Shown one piece after another: positions 9,184 to 20,431 of a DNA stretch of 64,000 nt (the first letter of the stretch is position 1; every line of letters starts with the position of its first letter). The position numbers were made by a program, and so were the translations under genes. The stretch covers positions 992,001 through 1,056,000 of the forward strand of contig CP145422.1 in the NCBI GenBank assembly GCA_036867785.1, read 5' to 3'. The stretch is from Plasmodiophora brassicae. Its lineage: Eukaryota. The notes under the pieces were generated by a model that saw only the letters and a list, made by a program, of their open reading frames with translations, was not told where the DNA came from and made no database searches.

Positions 9184-12100
9184 CGGGGCGGGGCGGCCGC
9201 AGCCGCCCCAATCCCCTTTGACCCAGGAGGGCAAGGGGAACTGCGATCGGTCGCAGCGATCGAGAACGAGGTCGTTGGCGACCACGTGCACGCAACGGTG
9301 GACATCACGGTGGGCGGTCGACGCATGACGGCGCTGCTCGACACGGGGGCAGCAGTCAACGTCGCGAACCAGCACGCAGTGCGGGCTGCCGGTGTGGAGG
9401 TGACGCGAGGAGCACTTCAGCTGGAGGACTTTGCGGGTCGACCTGTCGAGAATGCCGGCACAGCGGAACTGCCGTTCAACATCGGGGAGGCGCAGACGGC
9501 TATTAGGGTGACCGTATGCGACGACGCAATGCCACATGACGTCATCATAGGCCTCCCACAGCTACACGCATGGAAAACGCGATGGGACCTAGCGCAGGGT
9601 CACGTCGAGATTCCTGGCATCGGCATTCGTGTTCACCTGAACCAGCCAAGACGACGAACGGGACGGGCGGTCCAGATGCGACTGATGGAGGACGTGATCG
9701 TGCGACGAGACCAAGTGGTCGCAGTGCAGGTCCGGGCGGACGGGGCGGTGACCGATGGGCCAGTGCTGGTGGAACGTCAACGCCGGGGCACGAAGACGGC
9801 GGCGATCGCAGAAGGCTTCGGCCAGCTGAAGGACGGCGTCGCAACGATCCTGATTGGCAATCTGTTCAGCCGACGATGCCGATACAAGAAGGGCCGGGTC
9901 GTGGCTGTGAGGACTGTCCGGAATAAACCGAGAACCCCGCGACGGACTTCGCCAGTCCGTCAAAGCGTTCGTTGCATCAGCTTGCCTGATCGTGACATTT
10001 TGACGGACTACCTATCCCACCACCCTCCTGTCGATCCCGCCTCGGCATCTCCTGCAGAACGTCAAGGCCTCGGTGGTACCTGGTCGAAGTCCCAGAGTAC
10101 GTGTCCCGCCGTGCTGTATGCCTCTCAGGCCACCGGTGTTCCCCTGACCGCTTGCTGTCTCTTCCCGTCCGTCCGTGCCGATCTCGCCTCGGCATCCCCC
10201 GCAGAACGTCAAGGCCTCGGTCGTACCTGGTCCAAGTCCCAGAGTGCGTGTCCCGCCGTGCTGTATGCCTCTCAGGCCACCGGTGTTCCCCTGACCGCTT
10301 GCTGTCTCTTCCCGTCCGTCCGTGCCGATCTCGCCTCGGCATCCCCCGCAGAACGTCAAGGCCTCGGTCGTACCTGGTCCAAGTCCCAGAGTGCGTGTCC
10401 CGCCGTGCTGTATGCCTCTCAGGCCACCGGTGTTCCCCTGACCGCTTGCTGTCTCTTCCCGTCCGTCCGTGCCGATCTCGCCTCGGCATCCCCCGCAGAA
10501 CGTCAAGGCCTCGGTCGTACCTGGTCCAAGTCCCAGAGTGCGTGTCCCGCCGTGCTGTATGCCTCTCAGGCCACCGGTGTTCCCCTGACCGCTTGCTGTC
10601 TCTTCCCGTCCGTCCGTGCCGATCTCGCCTCGGCATCCCCCGCAGAACGTCAAGGCCTCGGTCGTACCTGGTCCAAGTCCCAGAGTGCGTGTCCCGCCGT
10701 GCTGTATGCCTCTCAGGCCACCGGTGTTCCCCTGACCGCTTGCTGTCTCTTCCCGTCCGTCCGTGCCGATCTCGCCTCGGCATCCCCCGCAGAACGTCAA
10801 GGCCTCGGTCGTACCTGGTCCAAGTCCCAGAGTGCGTGTCCCGCCGTGCTGTATGCCTCTCAGGCCACCGGTGTTCCCCTGACCGCTTGCTGTCTCTACC
10901 CGTCCGTCCGTCCGCCAGTGTCGATCCCGCCTCGGCATCTCCTGCACAACGTCAAGGCCTCGGTTGCGACGTGCTGTCACTAACCAAACCTGTTCGTCCG
11001 TCTGCCCGCCCGCCCGTCTCTCCGTCCGTCTGCTAATCCGTCCGTCTGCCCGTTCGTCCGTCTGTCCGTCCGTCTGCCCGTTCGTCCGTCTGTCCGTCCG
11101 TCTGCCCGCCCGTCTGCCTGCTCATCCGCCTGTCCGTTCGTCTGTCCGTCCGTCTGCCCGCCCGTCTGCCTGCTCATCCGCCTGTCCGTTCGTCTGCGAC
11201 CCATCAGAGGCCATCCGTCTGCCCTTCTATCCCGGACCCGTCAGAGGCCCATCGCTAGAAGGGGACTATTATGTGAGGACTGTCCGGAATAAACCGAGAA
11301 CCCCGCGACGGACTTCGCCAGTCCGTCAAAGCGTTCGTTGCATCAGCTTGCCTGATCGTGACAGTGGCGCTGGCTAAACCGGTTGGAGAGCAGCAAATCT
11401 GCTCAATGACAGTCGGAGCCGTCATGTCCGAGGAGGGTGGAGCGGACGCTCCGATGACGCAACACCAGGCAGCGGTCATGGACGCCGTCCACGTCGAATG
11501 GGAGTCGTTTGATCAGGCGACTCAACGACGCATCCGTCGATGGATATGTACGCAGGCGGATCGGTTCACTTCGGACTTCAACCCGGTGGGCCGGACGGAG
11601 ACGGAGGTCCATCGGATCCCGGTGGTGCCCGGGGCGGAGCCGGTCGCGATGCCGCCGCGACGCCTACACCCACACCTTGAAGACCAAGTCCGGGACACGG
11701 TGCAACAGCTACTGAAGGTCGGGACGATCCGACCATCAACGAGTCCATGGGCAGCGGGGGTGGTCATGGCGCGCAAGGCCAATGGGGGATTCCGTATGGC
11801 GATCGACTATCGGCGTTTGAACGACGTAACGATTGGGGACGCGTACCCGATGCCGCGCGTGGACGACGCGCTGGCGGCGATGCAAGGAGCGTCCTGGTTC
11901 TCGGCTTTCGATCTAACATCAGGCTACTGGCAGGTGCCCGTCGCGGAGGAAGACCGGGCCAAGACGGCGTTCGTGACGCGCGACGGCTTGTTCGAGTGGA
12001 ACGGCATGCCGTTTGGATTGAAGTGCGCGCCGGCGACCTTCTGCAGGCTCATGGCCAAGGTTCTCGCAGGTATGTCATTTGTCGACTGCCTTGTGTACAT

Positions 12101-14663
12101 GGACGACGTGCTCGTCTTCTCGCAGTCGGTGGAACAGCACTTCGATCGGATCGACAAAGTCTTCGAGCGTCTGCGCGAGCACGGGCTGACCGTCAACCCG
12201 AAGAAGACCTACCTCCTCCAGCGGGAGGTGACCTACCTGGGCCACCGCGTCAGCGGGGACGGGATCCAGCCCGACGCTCGGCTCGTGCAAGCCGTAACGG
12301 AATTCCCTGAGCCGACGAACAAGGCTCAAGTGAGGACGTTCCTGGGCCTCGCAGGGTACTATTCCCACCTCATCCGCAAGTTCGCCGAGGTCTCGGCGCC
12401 ACTGAGCGACCTTGTGGGGAAAGCGTCTCAATGGCGGTGGGGGGAGGAGGAATCCGAGGCGTTCCGCGAACTGAGGCGGCGGCTGTCGGAACGACCGCTG
12501 CTGGCGCATCCAGACTTCTCGCGCCCGTTCATACTGCAGACCGACTGGAGCAACACGGCGTTCGGGGCGATCCTCTGCCAACGGGATGACGTTGGGCATG
12601 AACATCCGGTGGCCTACATGTCGAAGAAGTGCCGGGGCGCGGAGAAGCAGTACACGTCGAGACGGGGGGAGGCGGTGTCAATCCGTCTCGCGGTTCGCAA
12701 GTGGCGCTGCTTTCTTGAGGGGGCACACTTCATGATCGAGACAGACCACCGCCCATTGGAGTTCCTGCGGAAGGAGCAGGACGACGCGCAGCTCTGCCGG
12801 GTGTGGGAAGCGTTGGAACCGTACGATTACACGCTACGATACAAGCCGGGGGCGTCGATGACGAACGTGGACGCGTTGAGCCGCGTCGAGTATCGACACC
12901 ACCCGGGCGAACCCGTCGTCGATCCGGATCTCGTGGGGCAGGACTCGGAGGAGAGCGCAGATGAAGAAGATCAGGACGATGACGATGACGTCCCGGACGT
13001 GGCGGAAGCGCTCGGCGTCCAGGCGATCAACGTCAACGGCCGCACCCGTCCCTGCGGACGATGTCTCGTGAGGTGTATTGCCGGGCTGAAGGAAGCAGTA
13101 CCAAACGGCGAGGCTGACGACGCGGCGGGCGGCCCCGATTTGGCTGGCCTGCGGGAACGACAGCGGTCTGACCCAGTGTTGAGGCGGTTGATCGAGGCAA
13201 AGGAGAGGAATGAGCAGCCGAACAGTCAGTTGGAGACGACCACGCTGTTGGACAACAACGGGATCCTGATGAAGGTCGTGTCAGCGCCAAGGTCCGGTGA
13301 GCAACAACGAGTTGTGTTGTTCCTGCCGGAGAGCGATCGGAGCGAGCAGCTGAGGCGGGCGCACGACGATCCAGTAGCGGGACACTTCGGCCAGGCGAGG
13401 ACGGTGCAGAACTTGCGCCGGACAGTCTTCTGGCCAGGCATGGTACGGGACGCGCGTCGCTATGTTGAACGTTGCCGGGCGTGTCAGCAGGCCAAAGCGC
13501 GGGTACCGTCGGCGCAAGGTCTCCGACAGGAATTCGACGAAGACGACGTCCCGTTCCTACCCTGGTATTCAGTGCACGTGGACCACGTGGTGGACCTACC
13601 CCGGACATCCCGTGGGAATGAGCACGTCCTGACGGTCACGTGTCGGATGTGCCATGCGACGTTGTTCTTGCCAGTACGACGGTACACGGCGGTGGAGACG
13701 GCAGAGACCCTCATCCGGCACGTGTTCCTGCAAAAGGGGTTCCCGATGAAGATGACGGCGGACCGTAGCCGGTCCTGGCGCAATGACCTGTTCGAGGCGA
13801 TCGGCAAGGCGTTCGGATTCCGCCTGGCAATGACGGTGTCATACCGAGCACGAGGAAACGGCATGGCTGAGCGCCCGCATCGCTACCTGAAAGCATTTCT
13901 ACGGACCATGAGTGACGAAGACCTGGCGCGATGGGACCTCCAGCTGGAGTACTTGACATTTGCATACTGCAAGGGGGTCTGCGAGACGACGAAGGAGACG
14001 CCCCATTACCTCGAATTCGGGCGTGACATCAGGGGTCCTGTTGAATACGATGTGCAGCTGCCCGAGAAGAGAGTCGATCGATCATACCGCGAGTACCTGC
14101 AGCGGCTGCAACGGCGGTTGCGTTCGGCGTGGGAGGTCGCTCACCGGATGGCCAAGGAGGCGTATGGCAAGCGAGTTGCAAGGCAGAACCTGGGCCGCTT
14201 CTCACCGAACCCCGAAGTTGGGCAGTTGTTCTGGGCGGATCGTCGTTCGCAGGCAACGGCGGGCGAGGAGGGCGAACCGACACGGTTCCGTTCGCCACTA
14301 ACGGGCCCCTGGCGAGTGCTGCAGAAGCTTCCAAACACCGCGGACACGTACCGTCTTCGACACCTGTATACGCAAGAGGAGGCGACGTTTAATTGCGACC
14401 AGATCGTACGCGTGTTTGAAGGAGAGGAAGACGGAGCCGACGATGACGCTGACGTCGACGCCGACCTGGGTATCGAGGAAGACGGAGACTCTGAGGTGGA
14501 CCCCGAGCTAGCGGTCTTGGATGAGCTGGTGCTGTCGGCGGCGGACATCAGTGACGTGGAGGACGGAGACCCGACGTTCGCACCGGAGGGAAGAGCCTCT
14601 ACGACGCCGGATCGACCGCAGGGTGAACAGTCGTACAACCTGCGATCGAGGGGGGGTGTGTAA
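9184..14663 (+). CDS. pol: Pol of gypsy element (PR-RT-RH-IN), disrupted by the TRIM at 9906-11363
   Basis: LLDTGA; SPWAA..DYRRLN..MPFGL..YMDD; LQTDWS..ETDHRPL; HDDPVAGHFG..CRAC, DHV..D..GNGMAER, GPW. Removing the TRIM plus one TSD restores the frame (...GRVVALAKPVG...). Confidence 0.92.
10033..10964 (+). repeat. 147-bp tandem array (6 units plus a partial unit) inside the TRIM
   Basis: Unit starts at 10033, 10180, 10327, 10474, 10621 and 10768, with a partial unit at 10923; central units appear identical. Confidence 0.95.
10994..11224 (+). repeat. Degenerate (CCGT/CTGC)n simple repeat inside the TRIM
   Basis: Runs of ccgt/ctgc/tcgt tetramers. Confidence 0.85.
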
Positions 14664-15224
14664 CGAACCGCGTCGCACTTCCCGCAATCTACATACGCCG
14701 TGGCGGAGTCCGTGGCAGTTGGCTGGCGGACGTCATTGCTGTTTCGATTGCATATATACAGGCAGCGTCCTGCTGTTAGTGTGAGGCGAACGCCACCGCG
14801 TACCTAAAAGTAATCCCCAGGTCGCGTGTTCAGCACAGAAGCGAGGTCCAATCGAACCGTCCGGCTCGATGCCTTTGCTGGTTCTCCCGCCACCGACCTG
14901 CGGTTCAAGTCATCATTCGTTTGGAACAAGCCGGCTCAACCGACATACTTTGCTTGCCGCACGTTCAGCCGCATCACAATAGTCACGGCACTGTCTAATC
15001 AGTTGATCACATCGGCCGGTTTCGTGTTGCGAGCCCGTAACCTGTGTTCGTGGACTGCGCTGCAGTTCCTCTGGTTGCAAGAAGCAATGCGTCCAAACCA
15101 CCTGCTGGAGTTGGCGACGATCGTTCGTCAGAATGCTCAAGCCGACCGTAGACGCGTTCGCCGGTGCGACTGTCAGGACGGAACTGGACAGGCAGGTCCG
15201 ATCCGGCAGGGCGACCTTATGGGG

Positions 15225-15395
15225 ATCATGGAAGCTGTCGAAGCACGACAGGCTATTTGGACCAAATTTCGCCTTGCACAGCGGTACTTGGCAAATGCTG
15301 CACCACACTGTCCTGATGCATTGTTGACATTTGCCATTCGGGTACCCGATATTGACAAAGCAAACATGCCCCCTTTTGGCCTGATTGCTGAACAT
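15225..15395 (-). pseudogene. piggyBac-like transposase C-terminal cysteine-rich domain remnant
   Basis: GHVCFV...RTVWCSICQVPLC.......CFDSFH matches the C..C.VPLC..CF..FH tail; no catalytic domain seen. Confidence 0.55.
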
Positions 15396-15916
15396 GAGTG
15401 CCCTGGCTCAGACGTAGCGCACGGCCGGCCTCATTCATAAAATACAGCCGGCGATTTCGCTTTGGTTGTCGAGCGGGTGGCACCGGGTGTCAGCTGGACC
15501 AGCTGCACGCAGCAAGTCAGAAGGCACCCAATCGCGGCACGTGTACTAGCAACACCTACGTTATTGACCGAATTGATGATATTCGTGTTGATCCTGTTTC
15601 TGGAGATGTTCAACTTCACATCTGTTCGCTCGGTTTTCAAGATACTCGTGGGAACCGTTTGAATATGGAGTTTATTTGGGTTTCGCGCTTTTCACGCAGG
15701 CGCCTCGGTTTCGAGTCCGAGGACCGTTGGGACAAGGTGTGTATGGAGGATGGAAACGGTCAGATGGGCGAATGCCGATGACGTCCAGGTGTTCGGTGAA
15801 TGACACCGAACTGGTGGCGATTTTAGTCCTTAGGAAGAACCATTCAACCCCTCCTTGACTTCAATCGCGTGGGTGTCAAGATGACGAACAAGCCGTCCTT
15901 CTGCCAGTTCCTCAAT

Positions 15917-16287
15917 TTCGAGTATGAATCGGTTCTCGGAGAGCGACGGGACGTTGGTGTACGGCTACATATGCCACTGACCCGCCTCCACTGCGATAGT
16001 CGAACGACTTCGCACCACGCGCGGAAACATACAGGCTCTTTGCGCCATTTCTTCGACAACCACCTGCGCTGATTTGGGACGATTTAACCCATAGTGGAAC
16101 GGTCCACCGTCTCCGCCGACTCGTCCCAAATCAACGCAGGTGGTTGTGGAAGAAGATGGCGCCAAGAGCCTGTATGTTGCAGTGCGTAACGGGTGCGAAG
16201 TCGTTCGCCTATCGCAGTGGAGGCGTGTCAATGGCATTGATGTACACAAACATCCCATCGCTCTCCGAGAACCGGTTCATACTCGAA
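15917..16287. repeat. Imperfect inverted repeat (~165-bp arms, 38-bp spacer)
   Basis: 15917-16082 is the reverse complement of 16121-16287 with scattered mismatches. Confidence 0.9.
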
Positions 16288-16574
16288 CCCAAGACGATGA
16301 TTAGCCGCAATGAGGAACCGGCAGAAGTACGGCTGACGACCGCGGACCGACGGCGCGTGAGTCAGTTGAACCCTGACATGTTGACCGACTACAATGCCGA
16401 AGAAGCGACATGACGAGCCCGCGGCGGCGATGACGACGAGTGAGGCGACGACGAGCGAGGATGTGACGACGGCGAGTGAGGAGATGAACGCGATGATCGC
16501 GAAACGCGGGGGCGGGCGCGCTGCGCGCCCAAAGGACAGAGTTTGGGGACATAATCCGACGGGAGCGGGATGGT

Positions 16575-16640
16575 GGACGTCTCTGCTTCTACTGCAAAGA
16601 ACAGTACGGCCACTTGATCGCCGACTGCCCGAAGCGGCAG
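16575..16640 (+). pseudogene. Gag-like zinc knuckle remnant
   Basis: Translates to GRLCFYCKEQYGHLIADCPKR. Confidence 0.45.
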
Positions 16641-17012
16641 GTGGCCGCGTCCTTGGCAGTGCAAGCAGAGTCCGAAAACCCCCCGACAGACTCCGTCAAA
16701 GCGGCGGATGCATCCGCTTGCCTGGTCGTGACACGGGACGGGAGGCACGGGCGCTGCGTGCGTTGCAGGGGCCTGCACTTACCGGGCGCGCTGCCTGAAC
16801 CGCGATATGCAAATGGCGTCGACAGCAATAAAGTCTGAGACGACCGCAACTTGCATGCGATCGTGAGTACAGTACCCTCCCGGCGCTCAGGAACATTCCG
16901 GTATGACGTGTCTATTTCGGGCCGTCCGACTGTCGCCCACTCGTCCCTGTGCGGCGGGTGCGGAGGGTGCGTGGCTGCGTGCGCGCGGCTCTGCAGGTCA
17001 CAGTGGCGAACG

Positions 17013-17606
17013 ATGGCCGACACGCACAGCGACGACGATTCCGTGATCGTCGACGACGATGTGCAGGCGCGCACGGCAGAGAGCGCCGACGACGATGGGG
17101 CGCGCGTGTCGGCCCTGCGTGATTCGGTCGCCAAGAAGGGGTCGAACAGTTACTATTACGCGTGGAACAACCTCGACCTGTCCAGGGAGCACGAGTTCCG
17201 CCCGCGCCTGGTCAAGGCCGGGGCCGCCGCGACGTCCGTGCCTGCCAGGCCCACCGTCACGATTGCGAAATACGCGTGGTCGGATGATGGCAAGGCTGTC
17301 AGGTCAGTGCACACGTGTGTCCACGCATGGCTTAGCATCGAATTGATTTCGTCCATCAGGGTCTACGTCGACCTGGAAGGTGTCGGATCGTTGCCAGCCG
17401 ACAACGTCCGGTCGCAGTTCTCGGCGCGGTCGTTCTCCATTGAAGTGGGCGATCTGAACGGGACCGATTACCGACTGGCGGTTGTCGAGCTCGATGGCGA
17501 GGCTGTCCCGGAGCGGTGCGCCGTTCGCGTCAAACCGAACATGGTGGTCGTGTCGCTGCACAAGGCGAAACCGGAGCACAAGTGGTTCGCGCTCGCCAAG
17601 AAATAA
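17013..17606 (+). CDS. CS-domain (p23/SGT1/CacyBP-like) protein, one intron (~17303-17359)
   Basis: KGSNSYYYAW; IAKYAWSDDGKAVR|VYVDLEGV..FSARSF..VKPNMVVVSLHK..W. Confidence 0.75.
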   Translation: MADTHSDDDSVIVDDDVQARTAESADDDGARVSALRDSVAKKGSNSYYYAWNNLDLSREHEFRPRLVKAGAAATSVPARPTVTIAKYAWSDDGKAVRSVHTCVHAWLSIELISSIRVYVDLEGVGSLPADNVRSQFSARSFSIEVGDLNGTDYRLAVVELDGEAVPERCAVRVKPNMVVVSLHKAKPEHKWFALAKK

Positions 17607-18167
17607 CCCCTGCCGCCAGGTTCTCGGTGACGCTCTGATCATTGTTCCCACTAGTACACACGTGCAGAGCGTTCTGGAGCCATGCCCGCGTAGTTATTAT
17701 CGACGACGCTCACACGGTTGTCCTGCGGGCAACTCGAACGTCCAAGCGGACGAGCCCGGCACGGTTCTGGATGACTTACTGCCTGAAACGGCGCCGCAAC
17801 CGTCCACAACACGTCAGTGCCGACGTGGATAACGGTATGCAACAGCAGCCTGTTCGCCCGGCGAATGCATCCCTCGCTCAGACTGCCCCGGGTGACTTCT
17901 ACCTCCAATTTGGCTCTTCGCCAACGCCGGCAAGGCGTTCGGATAAAAAGCCTTGGACGCTTTGCGACCTCACCCTGTACTACGATGTCTCGCATGGGCA
18001 CCACGCTTCTATCGGCGGTGAGCAGCAACGCATCGGCAGGCGCTTGGCTCGCGTCGCCACCGAGTGCCAGCAACGCGTCCACTAATGCACGTGCAGCCCC
18101 TGAGCGTACCTACTCAGCAGTGTCAAAAGATACTCATCGGTCGCCATGCGTACCATTCAAAGGTCGC

Positions 18168-19752
18168 ATGGTCGTGCACGGCACCTTTCTGGACGACTTT
18201 GAGTTCGTCGACGACGATGACGACGACAATGTCGAGGTGTCGTTCGTGCCGCGGGAACGCTATGAGGCGATGTGCGCTCGTGCGGATACCCTTGCGGTAA
18301 CGCTGTCTCGTGCCGCCATCAAACTTCAACTGGTCCGCTCCCAGGCCAACGAACGCCATCGCAAAGATCGTTCGGCCCTGCAACGACATCGCCGCCTGTG
18401 TTCGCAGGCGAACACGCGCCTCAAATACGTCGAGGCGTCGCGCCATGCGCCTCTGGGGAACGAACCACGGCGGCCTGCAAGGACCAGGGCTCTACCCGGG
18501 CCGCCAGGACCGACAGGTTCTACGGCGACCTCATCGAGGGCGCAAACAGCTAGGGCGCCATCGTCAACGGGCGGCGCGATCAGCGTCGAGCCACCGCTCT
18601 GCGTCCTGCCGACTCCCCGACCACGTACGACAATGACGAAACGGCCGGTTCCCGCACCAAGAACGTCATCTGCGTTGGCGGTTGGAGAGCATACGCCCAC
18701 AGAGCGACGCTCGACAGGAGCCTGGGCACATCGGGATTCACTCGGTGGTGGCAAGCCCGGAATCGCTTCCGTCGCCAGTGCCTCTCGTCCGTCGTCACGA
18801 ACCCCATCAGTCGCTGCTCCACGAAAGACCCGCCTGTGGACGCCCAGCGACCAGTTGCTGCCGTCGCCATGGGCCGCGTCACAGTCGCCAGAGCAGCAGG
18901 ACAGCAGGGGCGGTGTGCCTCCTGAAGTAATGGTACGAAGAAAGGTCGAAGGCAAAGCGTCATCGTACTGACGAATCGTGTGCAGGAACGAATCGAAACG
19001 CTGCAGTTCATGCTTGCCATGGTGGCCGAAGACAACAGGTTGCTGAGGACGGTACTGAAGGAGACGGGCAACGAGGCGCCGCTACCGGCCGAGTGGGCTG
19101 AACCCGTTGTACCCCTTGGCGAACCGGATTCTGCGGCGCCATCGTCGTCGCGAGCAGTAAGTGCTAGTTCGATGGCCTCAGGAATATTCGTCAACGCGGT
19201 GCACCCCTCAGGTTCGGTTTCGCTGTATCCGATGTGACGATATGACCCCCCACCTCGTGATTGACGATATCCACGGCTGGTTCGACAAATCATTCCGCGC
19301 CGTCCTACGAGAAGGTACCCGACTCGGCGGCTGGATCGACACTGGCCGATTGGCAATGACTGGGGCAATGACTGGGACGACGTATAGCTCGACAGTCGCA
19401 CCAGGAGACGGTGGATGAAATCAGGGAGCATTACAAAACGGTGGAGAGCCAGCTGTCCAGCGACAACGCAAGGTGGGCTTCGTACCGCATTGCCCGGACA
19501 CCACTCGCCAACAGGACTGCACAGGTTGAAGAAAGCCTTGCAGACGGCGGCGTCGTGTCACGAAAAGAGTCGGTGCCAACTCGGGGCCTGTGTGCCAGCC
19601 CGCGCCCCTTAATGTTTGTCGCTGTCGCAGACTGGCGTGGTGAGGCCGAGCTTCGAGCCAAGAACCGAAATCTCAAGCAGGAGCTTGCCGCTGCCAGAAG
19701 ACAGATAGCCGACCTCGAGGAGAAGGTCGCATCATTTAGCACGTCTCGATAA
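18168..19752 (+). CDS. Hypothetical coiled-coil protein (multi-exon, structure uncertain)
   Basis: Consecutive + strand ORFs with heptad-like segments, flanked by GT..AG sites. Confidence 0.35.
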
Positions 19753-19824
19753 TGTGCATTGCCCCACAGTGTACTCGATACAGACGTAATGGTTTATTCC
19801 CGCAGGTTGGCAGCGACAAGCCAG

Positions 19825-20111
19825 TTACAGGTTAAGCTTCGTGCGGCGCCAGTTGCGACGCTTGGCGTTGTATCTGCAATGCAGAGCGGCATTAGATGGG
19901 CTCAGTGCACCACGCCGACAGCTGATGCCCTACCGGATGGTGTTGCCGGTCCGCATGCGGATCCACTGCGGAAGCGGCCGGTTCTGACGTTGCTTCTTGG
20001 CCAGCTTGACCTTGATCTTGAACGACTTATGCGACGGCTAGAACGTGCAGTCGTCAGCTCACAGCGTCACACGACGACGGCGACGACGGCGCGCGCTGCG
20101 GCACTCACCAT
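19825..20111 (-). CDS. RPL39: 60S ribosomal protein L39 (eL39), 3 exons
   Basis: Exons 20111-20109 (ATG), 20037-19934 and 19873-19825 splice to [51 protein letters not shown]; absent from the ORF track. Confidence 0.97.
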
Positions 20112-20431
20112 GGTGGTCGATCTCGGTTGCACGGTCCAGCAAGCGAATACCTCGGTCACGTTTCGTCACGGAGTCCGTGAGTCCGCGCGGCAGACAACAT
20201 TAGGGCGCCGTCATATGTGGCGCTCCCGCCGTTGGCGGGTGTCTGGAATGAGGCGCTGCCGTTTGACCCTCGAAGCTGTTCCGTGGCCTGTTGTGACGAA
20301 TGCATGACGCCGGCGGCGATGGACGTGTTGCGGACTCCTGATAAGTACCGAGCGATCATTGACGAGTGGGGGCTGCGATGCGTTGCCGAAGGAGGTTGCG
20401 CCAGCGCTGGGTGCCAGTTCGGTTCGTGGCG

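Larger units (their letters stand above)
9906..11363 (+). mobile_element. TRIM (non-autonomous miniature LTR element)
   Basis: Identical 92-bp TG...CA LTRs (9906-9997, 11272-11363); TSD GTGGC (9901-9905, 11364-11368); purine tract AGAAGGGGA at 11257-11265; repetitive non-coding interior. Confidence 0.93.
7719..14837 (+). mobile_element. Full-length Ty3/gypsy LTR retrotransposon, pol interrupted by a TRIM
   Basis: Identical 179-bp LTRs TGT...ACA (7719-7897, 14659-14837); TSD GAAG (or CAGAAG if the LTR ends 2 bp earlier); PPT GAGGGGGGG just before the 3' LTR; PR-RT-RH-IN order. Confidence 0.95.
2105..15045. repeat. Long inverted repeat (~355-bp arms, 32-bp spacer) whose right arm is split by two LTR retrotransposons
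   Basis: Left arm 2105-2459; right arm 2492-2570 + 7635-7718 + 14842-15045 is its reverse complement. Inner 79 bp (2381-2459 vs 2492-2570) are perfect; outer parts have substitutions and indels. Confidence 0.9.

Noticed and set aside
9680-9905. Functional dUTPase between PR and RT
   Set aside because: Only a beta-rich spacer of the kind common in gypsy pol; dUTPase catalytic motifs are not recognisable.
10033-10964. Repeat-protein gene or ribozyme/retrozyme array
   Set aside because: The 147-bp unit is a multiple of 3 and open in several frames on both strands, so the ORFs are by-products. No hammerhead CUGANGA...GAAA core was found by eye.
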